64,000 nt of DNA from the NCBI GenBank assembly GCA_041653535.1, contig JBAZFH010000001.1:150175-214174 (forward strand), in the 5' to 3' direction. A model generated the notes under the pieces. It saw nothing but the letters and a program-made list of their open reading frames with translations, ran no database searches and was not told where the DNA came from. The position numbers and the translations under genes were made by a program. Positions 39,494-49,700 of the stretch are shown piece after piece; positions within the stretch are counted from its first letter, which is position 1; every line of letters starts with the position of its first letter. Origin of the DNA: Patescibacteria group bacterium. GTDB taxonomy: Bacteria > Patescibacteriota > Patescibacteriia > JACRDY01.

Positions 39494-40849
39494 ATGCCTA
39501 TTTCTGCCAGCGTTTTTAAGGCCTACGACATTCGAGGTTTATACCCTCAGGAGATTGACGAGCAGGGAGCTTTTTTGATCGGACTTGCCTTTGCCAAAGT
39601 CTTCCAACCCAGGCGAGTGGTGGTCGGTCGCGACGTTAGAGATTGCAATGCCAAGATGCAAGCAGAATTGATCCGCGCTTTAGTAGAATCTGGAGTCGAT
39701 GTGGTAGATATCGGGCAAATACCAACTGACATGATTTATTTTGTTGTTGGCAAATTTGGTTTTGATGGCGGTATAGTTGCCTCGGCTTCACATAATCCGG
39801 TTGGTTACGGCGGTATTAAGATGGTGGAAAAAGACTCTAAGCCGGTTTTTGCCGAGCACAAAATGCCGGAGATCCGCGATTTGGTTATGTCGGGAACACT
39901 TGCGTCACCAGGTTTATCGGGAAAGGTGGAGGAAAAAGACTATACCAGCGAATATTTTGACTTCATCTTGTCATTTATCGATCCGGAAGTTTTAAAGCAA
40001 CAAAAAGTTGTTGCTAACGGTAACTTTGGTCCAAGTGGCAAGCTATTAGAAAAATTAGCCAAGGAACGCGGTCTGCCGCTGGAGATTGTTCCTCTAAATC
40101 TTAATCCGGACGGCAATTTTCCTAAAGGCCGACCCGACCCAATGGTGCCGGAAAACAGGGGAGAGTTTACTGCCTTGGCTAAAAGCAGCGGTGCCGACTT
40201 TGGTGTTTCTTGGGATGCTGACGGTGATCGTTGCTTCTTCTGTGATGGCAATGGTAATTTTTATGAGCCATGTTATATTACGGCATTTTTGGTTGAAGAA
40301 ATGCTGAAACAGTACCCCGGTGCCAAAACACTTTATGATATTCGTTATGTTTGGGCGGTAAAGGCAGCGGCAGAGGAGCATGGCGGGACGGCGCTGCCAA
40401 CACGTGTTGGTCGATCGTTTATCATGGATATAATGCGTCGGGAAGACGTTGTTTTTTGCGGTGAGTCCAGCGGTCATTATTATTTCAAAGATAATTATTA
40501 CTCAGATAACGGCATGATACCGCTACTCTTGATCTGGCAGGCTGTCTCTGTTAGCGGTAAGAAATTAGGCGAATTGCTGGAAAATTACACTAAACGCTTT
40601 TTTGTTTCCGGAGAATTTAATACTACGGTTAGCGACGTTAATGCTAAAATTAGCCAAATAGCAGCAAGATATGCGGACGGGCAGCAAGATTTTACTGATG
40701 GAGTTTCGATTGCTTATGACGATTGGCGTTTCAATCTCAGGGGTTCTAATACTGAGCCATTATTGCGATGCAATATCGAGGCGAAAAGCGAGGAACTGGT
40801 TATCAGTAAAAAGCAAGAGTTGTTAGATTTATTAGCAAAAAATGACTAG
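39494..40849 (+). CDS. Phosphomannomutase/phosphoglucomutase
   Basis: FKAYDIRG, SASHNP, DADGDR, GESSGH, RGSNTEP. Confidence 0.93.
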   Translation: MPISASVFKAYDIRGLYPQEIDEQGAFLIGLAFAKVFQPRRVVVGRDVRDCNAKMQAELIRALVESGVDVVDIGQIPTDMIYFVVGKFGFDGGIVASASHNPVGYGGIKMVEKDSKPVFAEHKMPEIRDLVMSGTLASPGLSGKVEEKDYTSEYFDFILSFIDPEVLKQQKVVANGNFGPSGKLLEKLAKERGLPLEIVPLNLNPDGNFPKGRPDPMVPENRGEFTALAKSSGADFGVSWDADGDRCFFCDGNGNFYEPCYITAFLVEEMLKQYPGAKTLYDIRYVWAVKAAAEEHGGTALPTRVGRSFIMDIMRREDVVFCGESSGHYYFKDNYYSDNGMIPLLLIWQAVSVSGKKLGELLENYTKRFFVSGEFNTTVSDVNAKISQIAARYADGQQDFTDGVSIAYDDWRFNLRGSNTEPLLRCNIEAKSEELVISKKQELLDLLAKND

Positions 40850-40910
40850 ATAGACTTTAGGAATTATTGCTCTTTTTCTTTTACCAAAATTACATTACAA
40901 TATAGGGGTT

Positions 40911-41690
40911 ATGATTGGTATATTTGATTCTGGGGTAGGTGGGTTGACTGTTGTTAGAGAGGTGTTAAAACAACTGCCCAATCAGCCGATTATCTATTTT
41001 GGCGATACGGCTCGGACGCCTTATGGCAACAAAGGTCCCAAAACTATTATCCGGTATTCGCAAGAGAATACCGACTTTTTGTTATCTAAGGGCGCCAGTG
41101 TTATTGTTATTGGTTGCAACACGGCATCAGCTGTTGCTGTTGAAGCTTTGCGGGAAAAGCATCCTGACGTGCCGATTTTGGAAGTAATCACGCCAGCTGT
41201 CAGTCGAGCGGTTGCAGTTACTAAAAACAAGAAAATTGGAGTTATTGGTACTCGGGCAACGATTGCTTCGCAGATTTATACCAAGAAAATTCAGGAGATT
41301 GATTCCAGTATTAAGGTATTTTCCGCTGCTTGTCCGCTCTTTGTTCCGCTGGTGGAAGAAAACTGGCTGACACGACCCGAAACAAAAATGATAGCTCGCA
41401 GATATTTAACTGATTTTAAGAATGTTGGTATTGATACGTTAATACTTGGCTGTACGCATTATCCCTTGTTAAAAGAGGTGATTTCCGCTAAAATAGGAAA
41501 AAGAGTGGTACTGGTTGATTCAGCAGAAGAAGTGGTTAAGGAAATTACGAATTACGAATTACGAATTACGAATAAGGAGGGTGATTCGAAGTTTTATTTT
41601 AGCGATTTGACCGAGCAAGTGGGTAAAATCAGCGCCAGATGGCTCGGTGGAAAAGTTGACCTTGAAGAAACAAATTTTGAAACAAAATAA
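40911..41690 (+). CDS. murI: Glutamate racemase
   Basis: FDSGVGGLTV, GCNTAS, LGCTHYP. Confidence 0.96.
   Translation: MIGIFDSGVGGLTVVREVLKQLPNQPIIYFGDTARTPYGNKGPKTIIRYSQENTDFLLSKGASVIVIGCNTASAVAVEALREKHPDVPILEVITPAVSRAVAVTKNKKIGVIGTRATIASQIYTKKIQEIDSSIKVFSAACPLFVPLVEENWLTRPETKMIARRYLTDFKNVGIDTLILGCTHYPLLKEVISAKIGKRVVLVDSAEEVVKEITNYELRITNKEGDSKFYFSDLTEQVGKISARWLGGKVDLEETNFETK
41543..41573 (+). repeat. Perfect heptamer repeat (AATTACG)x4 inside murI
   Basis: Encodes ITNYELRITN. Confidence 0.9.
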
Positions 41691-41700
41691 TTTTTATTTT

Positions 41701-42816
41701 ATGATTTTTACGATAATAATTTTTGTCGCCGTCCTAGCGATATTGGTTTTGGTTCACGAGATCGGTCATTTTATTACTGCGCGTAAATTTGGTTGCGCCG
41801 TAGAAGAATTTGGTATTGGTTTTCCGCCGCAGGCAAAAAAATGGAAAAGCAAAAAAACCGGTATTAATTATTCTCTCAACTGGATTCCTCTTGGCGGTTT
41901 TGTTAAAATTAAAGGCGAAGACGGGGAAAATCGACAAGAAAACGACAGCTTTGGCAGTAAAAAGGTTTGGCAGCGGGCGATTATTTTGTCTTCGGGAGTG
42001 CTGATGAATATTGTTTTGGCAATAGTTTTACTTTCCATTGGTTTTGGTATTGGACTACCTTCAGCGCTACCTGATGATTTATCCGATCTGGGTCGAGCGC
42101 ATGTCAAGGATGCTAAAATTCAAATTTATGCCATATCGGACGGTTCGCCGGCAGCAACAGCTGGTCTTCAAAGCGGTGATGCTTTGGTTAGTATTGACGG
42201 TAATAGTTTAAATAAGCTTGAAGACGTTCAGTCTTATATAGCCGGTAAAGACGGTCAGGAAATAAATTTGGCTTTACAGCGAGGGCAAGAAGATGTAAAC
42301 GTAAAAGTTGTTCCGGTTTTTCGCGAGGAAATAGGCAAGGCTGGTATTGGTGTTGCATTAGCTCGAACCGGAATTGTGTCTTACCCTTGGTATTTGGCGC
42401 CGATAAAAGGAGCGGAAGCGACTTTTAGTTTATTTTGGGCGATTGTCGTTGCTTTTTATACGTTGATTAAAAATTTAGTAACTGGTATTCCGGTTGGTGC
42501 CGATGTCGCCGGTCCGGTGGGTATTGCGGTAATGACTGGTCAGGTGGCGCGCATGGGTTTTGTTTATTTATTACAATTCACTGCACTGCTTTCAGTCAAT
42601 CTAGCAATTATCAATTTTTTACCTTTGCCAGCGCTTGACGGTGGAAGAATTCTGTTTTTGATTGTCGAAAAGATTCGTCGCCGTCCTATTCGTCAAGAAG
42701 TTGAGGCAGTGGTGCATAATATTGGTTTTATGTTACTGATAGGCCTGATGATTTTTGTTACTTTTCGTGACGTGATAAAATGGGGTGGAGGATTTTTTAG
42801 CAAAATATTTGGATAA
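41701..42816 (+). CDS. rseP: RIP metalloprotease RseP
   Basis: HEIGH, IPLGGFVKI, PDZ domain, NFLPLPALDGG; start at 41701. Confidence 0.95.
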   Translation: MIFTIIIFVAVLAILVLVHEIGHFITARKFGCAVEEFGIGFPPQAKKWKSKKTGINYSLNWIPLGGFVKIKGEDGENRQENDSFGSKKVWQRAIILSSGVLMNIVLAIVLLSIGFGIGLPSALPDDLSDLGRAHVKDAKIQIYAISDGSPAATAGLQSGDALVSIDGNSLNKLEDVQSYIAGKDGQEINLALQRGQEDVNVKVVPVFREEIGKAGIGVALARTGIVSYPWYLAPIKGAEATFSLFWAIVVAFYTLIKNLVTGIPVGADVAGPVGIAVMTGQVARMGFVYLLQFTALLSVNLAIINFLPLPALDGGRILFLIVEKIRRRPIRQEVEAVVHNIGFMLLIGLMIFVTFRDVIKWGGGFFSKIFG

Positions 42817-42830
42817 AATAGGGTAAATTT

Positions 42831-43859
42831 ATGTTAGACCAACTGAAAAAAATAGCCGACGAAGTAAAAGAACAGCTGAATAAAATAAAAAATTCAGAGG
42901 AACTTGCCGATCTTGAAGTTCGGATTCTTGGTCGTAAAGGCGAGCTAACCAACATTTTGCGTCAGCTTAAAGATCTATCGGAAGACGAACGTAAGAGCAT
43001 TGGTCAGCTAGCTAATGATATCAAAAACGACTTAGTCGCTGGATTTACTGAAATAAAAAATCAGATCGACGGTAACAAGAAGGCAAGTGAGATCGACTTG
43101 ACGCTACCGGGTAAGAAATTTGATATTGGTCATCTACATCCGATATCGCAAGTGCAGTATCATCTGGAAGATATTTTTTCTTCGCTTGGCTTTATTGTCG
43201 AAGACGGCCCGGATCTAGAGTCAGATTTTTTTAATTTCGAAGCGCTTAATTTTGCTCCTGATCATCCAGCGCGCGACATGCAGGACGCTTTTTATATTAA
43301 AGAAGAAAAAAATTACGATCCCAAAAATAAATTACTGTTGCGCAGTCAGACTTCGCCAGTACAAATCAGAGCGATGAAAAAACACGGCGCGCCGCTTCGC
43401 GTGATAGTACCTGGTCGATGTTTCCGTAACGAAAGCACTGATGTTCGTCATGAGCACACTTTTTATCAGCTGGAAGGTCTGATGATTGATAAAAATATCA
43501 GCATCGCCAATATGAAAAGCGTGCTGGAAATTATTGCCAAAAAATTATACGGTCCGGGAACCAAGGTTCGTTTCCGTCCCAAATTTTATCCTTTTGTCGA
43601 GCCGGGAGTAAATGGCGAAGTCAGTTGCTTTTTATGCCAAGGCAAAGGTTGCCGTCTGTGCAAAGATACCGGCTGGCTAGAAATATTTGGCGCTGGCATG
43701 GTGCATCCGAATGTACTGATTGCCGGTGGCGTGGACCCCAAAGAATACTCGGGATTTGCTTTTGGTTTTGGCCTCAATAGACTAGTCATGCTTAAATACG
43801 GTATCAACGACATCCGTTTGTTTATGAGCGGAGATAAAAGATTTTTGGATCAATTTTAA
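42831..43859 (+). CDS. pheS: Phenylalanine--tRNA ligase alpha subunit
   Basis: HPARDMQD, LLRSQTSPVQ, FRNE, YPFVEP, GFAFGFG. Confidence 0.97.
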   Translation: MLDQLKKIADEVKEQLNKIKNSEELADLEVRILGRKGELTNILRQLKDLSEDERKSIGQLANDIKNDLVAGFTEIKNQIDGNKKASEIDLTLPGKKFDIGHLHPISQVQYHLEDIFSSLGFIVEDGPDLESDFFNFEALNFAPDHPARDMQDAFYIKEEKNYDPKNKLLLRSQTSPVQIRAMKKHGAPLRVIVPGRCFRNESTDVRHEHTFYQLEGLMIDKNISIANMKSVLEIIAKKLYGPGTKVRFRPKFYPFVEPGVNGEVSCFLCQGKGCRLCKDTGWLEIFGAGMVHPNVLIAGGVDPKEYSGFAFGFGLNRLVMLKYGINDIRLFMSGDKRFLDQF

Positions 43860-43873
43860 AAAAAAGAGATAAG

Positions 43874-43903
43874 CCCGGCGGATCCGGGTCCGGCTTCGCC
43901 GGA
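43874..43903. repeat. Tandem pair of GC-rich mini-hairpins (REP-like)
   Basis: cccggcggatccggg + tccggcttcgccgga. Confidence 0.55.
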
Positions 43904-43930
43904 AATTAAGAATATAGAATCAATAATAGT

Positions 43931-46369
43931 ATGTTGATTTCACTTAACTGGTTGAAAAAATTTATCGATATTCCCAAGGGCTTTACGCCGCAAGATCTAG
44001 CGGCCAAACTGACCATGTCGACGGTGGAAGTGGAGGGGATAAAAAAACAAGGTGAACTACTGGATAATGTTGTTGTTGCCAAGATTTTGGAAATAAAAGC
44101 GCACCCGAATGCCGATAAGCTAAAAATCGTTACAGTTGATACTGGTAGCGATAAGCTTGAAGTTGTTTGTGGCGGAATAAATCTGCGCAATGAAATGGTC
44201 GTTGCCTTTGCCCGCGTCGGAGCTTTTGTCCGCTGGCACGGAGAGGCCGAGGTAACAGAACTAAAACCAGCCAAAATTCGTGGTGTCGAATCTGCTGGTA
44301 TGATTTGCGCTAGCGAGGAGATTGGTATTGATGGTGCGGTTCCTTGTGGTGAAGCGGAAGTTGCTGACCTAACCAATCTCAATCTAGAGATTGGTCAGCC
44401 GTTAGCCGAAGCGCTTGGACTAGATGATGTGATTTTGGAAGTAGATAATAAATCAATGAGCAATCGGCCGGATCTTTGGGGTCATTACGGCATAGCGCGA
44501 GAACTTTCCGCTTTGCTCAAAATAGATTTACAGGAATACAAAACTCCGGAAATAAAAGGCGGTCGAGGTAAAAAACTCAAAGTAGAAATAAAAGATAAAG
44601 ATAAATGTCCACGCTATATCGGCGTGATAATCGAAGGAATAAAGATCGCTCCATCGCCAGCCTGGATGGCAAAATTGCTCGAAGCAGCAGGTGTGCGTCC
44701 GATCAACAACATTGTCGATATTACCAATTACGTAATGTTGGAGCTAGGCCAACCGATGCACGCTTTTGATTTACGCAAAGTCAGCGGCGCGACAATAGTT
44801 GTCGAAACCGCAGAAAGAGGCGAAAAATTTGTCACTCTGGACGGCGTCGAGCGTGATTTGGACGAAGACATGCTGCTAATCAAAGACGCCAAAAAAGGCG
44901 TAGCTCTTGCCGGTATCATGGGCGGAGAAAATAGTGAGATAAAAGATGATACAACGGCGGTATTATTTGAAGCGGCAAATTTTAAAGCTAGCAATATTCG
45001 TCAGACATCGATGAAACTAGGACTCCGCAGTGAGTCCAGCGCTCGGTTTGAAAAAGGCCTTGATCCGCTGCTAGCCGAAACCGCAATGCAAAGAGCAGTT
45101 GAACTAGTAAAAGAATTTATTCCTGAAGCAAAAATTTCCGGCAAGGTAGTTGACGAAAATAATTATGAGTTCAAAGCGCCGGAAATTGATTTGGATCTTG
45201 GTTGGTTAAACAATCGTCTAGGAACCGCGCTTACCAAAGAAGATGTGCTGGATATTTTGCAGCGTTTAAATTTTGAAATAAAAGAAAAAAAGGATCAACT
45301 AACCATCGTTGTTCCTTCTTGGCGCGCTACCGGCGACGTTTCTATTACTGAGGATTTACTAGAAGAAGTAGCGAGAATTTACGGCTACGACAATATCAAA
45401 TCTGACGATCCGGTGTTACCGATGTCGCTACCGCAAGAAAATCGTGAACGAACAGTAGAACGAAAGATAAAAGATATCCTGGTTGGTCCGCTCGCTTTTA
45501 CTGAGAGCTACAACTATTCTTTTGTTGATAAAAATAAAGTTGGTAACCTTGGCCTTTTAGCTGCCGATCATATCGAGTTAGCAAATTCTTTGTCAGAAGA
45601 ACAAGGCTTACTACGCAACAGCTTGATTCCCAATTTAGTCAAAAACGTTGCCGACAATTTACGTTTTTATGATAGTTTCAAATTGTTCGAGCTAGACAGC
45701 GTGTTTATCAAAAATCTTGAAGGGCAGTATATCAAAATTATCGGTCAAGAAGAAAAATTACCTTTTCAAGAAAAATATCTGAGCGGCGTTGCTGTTGAGG
45801 CTGGAAACGATCAGCCATTCTATATCGTCAAAGGAGTAGTTGAGTCTTTGCTCGATCAGTTGCGTCTCGATTATTTTTGGCAGGTTCCAAAGAATATTCC
45901 CGCTTGGTGCGAAAAAACCAGAGCTATGCAAGTCGTTGTTCGAGGAAAGGTCTTGGGTTTGGTTGGTGAACTAGCCCGAACCGTGGCAGACAAGGTTGAT
46001 ATAAAGCCAGCGGTGGGGATATTTGAGCTAAACGCCGAGATGATAGCAAACGTTTATGACGACAACAAGGTTTATGAAGAAATATCCAAATATCCGTCGG
46101 TTTTACGCGACTTAGCTATTGTTTTGCCAGACGGCACGACTTGGGAAGATGTAAAAAAGGCTGTAAAAAAAGTCGGTGGGGAACTAGTTTCGGATATCGA
46201 ATTGTTTGATGTGTACCAAGGTGATAAAATAGAGGCAGGGCATAAGAGTCTTGCTTTCCATCTGGTTTTTTCCTTGCCAGACAGAACTCTGACAGCCGAA
46301 GAGGTAGGGCAGGTAGAAAAAAAGGTTGTTACAGAACTAGGTAACAAATTTAAAGCCAGGGTGAGATAA
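43931..46369 (+). CDS. pheT: Phenylalanine--tRNA ligase beta subunit
   Basis: HPNADKL, RGVESAGM, NRPD, GQPMHAFD, EEVARIYGY, RDLA, KSLAF. Confidence 0.97.
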   Translation: MLISLNWLKKFIDIPKGFTPQDLAAKLTMSTVEVEGIKKQGELLDNVVVAKILEIKAHPNADKLKIVTVDTGSDKLEVVCGGINLRNEMVVAFARVGAFVRWHGEAEVTELKPAKIRGVESAGMICASEEIGIDGAVPCGEAEVADLTNLNLEIGQPLAEALGLDDVILEVDNKSMSNRPDLWGHYGIARELSALLKIDLQEYKTPEIKGGRGKKLKVEIKDKDKCPRYIGVIIEGIKIAPSPAWMAKLLEAAGVRPINNIVDITNYVMLELGQPMHAFDLRKVSGATIVVETAERGEKFVTLDGVERDLDEDMLLIKDAKKGVALAGIMGGENSEIKDDTTAVLFEAANFKASNIRQTSMKLGLRSESSARFEKGLDPLLAETAMQRAVELVKEFIPEAKISGKVVDENNYEFKAPEIDLDLGWLNNRLGTALTKEDVLDILQRLNFEIKEKKDQLTIVVPSWRATGDVSITEDLLEEVARIYGYDNIKSDDPVLPMSLPQENRERTVERKIKDILVGPLAFTESYNYSFVDKNKVGNLGLLAADHIELANSLSEEQGLLRNSLIPNLVKNVADNLRFYDSFKLFELDSVFIKNLEGQYIKIIGQEEKLPFQEKYLSGVAVEAGNDQPFYIVKGVVESLLDQLRLDYFWQVPKNIPAWCEKTRAMQVVVRGKVLGLVGELARTVADKVDIKPAVGIFELNAEMIANVYDDNKVYEEISKYPSVLRDLAIVLPDGTTWEDVKKAVKKVGGELVSDIELFDVYQGDKIEAGHKSLAFHLVFSLPDRTLTAEEVGQVEKKVVTELGNKFKARVR

Positions 46370-46409
46370 AGCAGTTTGTATAAAAAAATTAAAATAAAAA
46401 TAAAATAAT

Positions 46410-46706
46410 ATGCTAGAAAACTCCAAAGACCTTCTTTATATCGTTATTTCTTTTTGTGTTTTGTGGCTGACGGCATTTTTATGCTGGATGATTTATTATA
46501 TAGCGATGCTGCTTAAGCAGGGTTATGATGTGGCTAAAAGTATTAGACAAAAAGTGGAAAAGGTGGAAGGTTTGATCGATCTAGCTAAGAGCAAATTAGA
46601 AAAATCTACGTCGCATTTGGCTTTAGTTTCTGAAGGCGTAGCGCAATTGGTGAAATATCTAATCAATAAGAAACAAGAGGCGAAAACCAAAAATAAAAAA
46701 AAGTAG
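46410..46706 (+). CDS. Small membrane-anchored coiled-coil protein
   Basis: 98 aa, N-terminal TM, helical tail. Confidence 0.7.
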   Translation: MLENSKDLLYIVISFCVLWLTAFLCWMIYYIAMLLKQGYDVAKSIRQKVEKVEGLIDLAKSKLEKSTSHLALVSEGVAQLVKYLINKKQEAKTKNKKK

Positions 46707-46722
46707 TTTTGATAACACGGGC

Positions 46723-46781
46723 TATAAAGCATGTAACATATAACAAAAAGCATCAATTTTTGTTGTGCGTTACATGTTTTA
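46723..46781. repeat. Imperfect hairpin of heptamer units upstream of dnaE
   Basis: ataaagcatgtaacatataaca ... tgttgtgcgttacatgttttat. Confidence 0.55.
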
Positions 46782-46796
46782 TGTTTTACCTAATAT

Positions 46797-49700
46797 ATGA
46801 ATTTTGTCCATCTTCATACCCATTCTCACTATAGCTTGCTTGACGGTCTGGCTAAACTTGATGATGTAATCAAAAAGGCTAAAGATAACGGCATGACGGC
46901 TTTGGCGCTTACCGATCACGGTGTGATGTATGGTGCTATTGAGTTTTATCAAAAATGTAAAAAAGCCGGTATCAAGCCGATTATCGGTGTTGAAGCCTAT
47001 TTAGCTTCAGGCGGACATCAAAATAAAAGATCGCGGATTGACGAAGTGAATTATCATCTCATTTTACTTGCCAAAAATCAGACGGGATACAAAAATTTAT
47101 TAAAATTAGTTTCCATCGCTCATCTTGAGGGTTTTTATTACAAACCACGCATTGATTGGGAATTACTAGAAAAATATCACGAAGGAATTATCGCTTGTTC
47201 GGCTTGCATTCAGGGTGAAGTACCGCGGGCGATACTTGGCGGCGATGAGAAAAAAATAGAAGAAACTATTTTACGGTATAAAAATCTCTTTGGTCCTGGT
47301 AATTTTTATTTCGAGCTGCAGAGCAATCCCGGTATTCCAGAGCAAGCGTTAGTAAATAAAGGTTTAGTTGAATGGTCAAAAAAGCTTGATGTACCAATGA
47401 TTGCTTCCAATGACATTCATTATCTCAATAAAGAAGACGACGAAGCTCATGATGTTTTGATTTGTTTGCAAACCAAAAGGAAAAAAGAAGAAAGCGATCG
47501 TATGTGTATGCTAGGTGATGACTTTTCTTTGCGTACGCCAGAAGAAATGGTTCATACTTTTGCTGATTATCCGGAGGCGTTAGAAAATACCCAAAAAATC
47601 GCTGATTCCTGTAATCTGGAGATTGAACTTGGCAAAATCAAATTGCCGCGTTACGATCTGCCGGAAGGAAAAACAGCCATGGAATATTTGGAAGAGCTGG
47701 CCAGAAATGGCATCAAAAAAAGATTTGGCGACAATAATGTTGATTCAAGGGTAGAAGAGCGGCTGCGCTATGAACTGGAAGTTATCGGTAGGACGGGATT
47801 TGCTTCTTATTTTTTGATTGTTGCTGATTTTGTAAACTGGGCAAAAGATAACGGGATTGTCGTGGGTCCTGGTCGTGGTTCGGCCGCTGGTTCATTAGTA
47901 TCTTATTTGATTAATATTACTAATATAGACCCGATCAAGTACGATTTACTTTTTGAGAGGTTTTTGAATCCAGAAAGAATCTCTATGCCCGATATTGATC
48001 TTGATTTTGCCGATACCCGTCGTGACGAAGTTATTCGTTATGTGGAAAATAAATACGGCAAGGATCATGTTGCTCAGATTATTACTTTTGGAACAATGGC
48101 AGCGCGTGTTGCCGTCCGCGATGTTGGCAGAGTACTCGGTTATCCTTACGCCTTTTGTGATAAAATGGCAAAGTTAATTCCGATGTTTTCTACCTTGGAT
48201 GAAGCGCTGGAAATAGAGCCAGAACTGAAAAAACTTTATGATAGTGATCCGGAGGCAAAAAAAGTCATCGATACCGCCAAGAAAATGGAAGGTGTCGCTC
48301 GACATTCATCCACCCATGCTTGTGGTGTTTTAATCACGCCGGATCCTTTGACCGAATATGTTCCCATCCAATATTCTAGTTCTGGCGACGATGTTATTAT
48401 CTCGCAGTATTCACTTCATCCAGTTGAAGATCTCGGTCTGCTAAAAATGGATTTTTTAGGTTTGAAAAATTTGACTATTTTGGAAAACACCATCAACATT
48501 GTTGAAAAAATACATGGCGAGAAAAAAGATTTGAACAATTTACCTTTGGAAGATGTAAAAACTTTTGAGCTTTTGCGTCGCGGTGAGACTACCGGCGTGT
48601 TTCAGTTGGAGTCCGGAGGCATGAAGCGTTATCTTAAACAGCTTAAACCAAACCAACTGGAGGATATTATCGCTATGGTGGCGCTTTATCGTCCGGGACC
48701 AATGGAGTTTATTCCTGATTTTATTGATGGTAAACACGGCAGGAAAAAGGTTCAGTATTTGCATCCTAAGCTAGAGCCGATACTTGCTGGTACTTACGGT
48801 GTGGCGGTTTATCAGGAACAAGTGTTGCGTATGGCACGGGATTTGGCCGGTTTTACTCTTGGCGAAGCAGATGTATTGCGCAAAGCTGTCGGTAAAAAAA
48901 TTGCCAGTCTTTTGCAGGAGCAGCGAGAAAAGTTTGTTGCTGGTTGCGTCAAAAACAGTATGGATAAAACTACGGCAGAAAAGATATTCGACTTTATCGA
49001 ACCGTTTGCTCGTTATGGATTTAACCGTGCTCACGCTGCCTGTTATGGCATGATTGCTTATCAAACCGCTTATTTTAAGGCTAATTATCCGGCGGAATTT
49101 ATGGCTTCATTATTGACCTCCGATAAAGATAATATGGATAGAATCGCCATAGAAATTGAAGAATGTTCACGAATGGGCATTGAAGTTTTACCGCCAGATA
49201 TTAATGAGAGTTACTCGACTTTTACCGCAGTGGCAGCCAGTTTGGAAAGCGACAAACCACGTATTCGTTTCGGGCTTAATGCTGTAAAAAATTTGGGCGA
49301 GGCAATCGCTAAAGCAATCATCCATGAACGCAAAGCCAACGGTCAGTATAAAAATTTTGAAGATTTGTTGTCCCGGGTACGGTCAAAAGATTTGAACAAG
49401 AAGTCAATTGAAAGTTTGGCGAAATCAGGAGCTTTAGATAACCTGATCGAACGTAATCAAATTATTTACAATATAGAGAAAATTTTGGTTTTTATTAAAG
49501 ATGTTCAGCAAGAACAAGATTCTTCGCAGGCTAGTTTATTTGCCGCTTCCACTATTGGACCAAAATTATCATTACAACTTGAACGAGCGCCGGAGAGTAC
49601 AAAAAAAGAACGTCTGACTTGGGAAAAGGAATATTTAGGAATTTATATCTCAGGTCATCCGTATAAAGAATATGAGCTAGAGTTGCGCGATTTGACTACT

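Noticed and set aside
43906-44382. 158-aa minus-strand ORF and similar antisense ORFs in pheT, clpC, dnaE and the giant gene
   Set aside because: They are overlapped by well-supported genes on the other strand and show no motifs.
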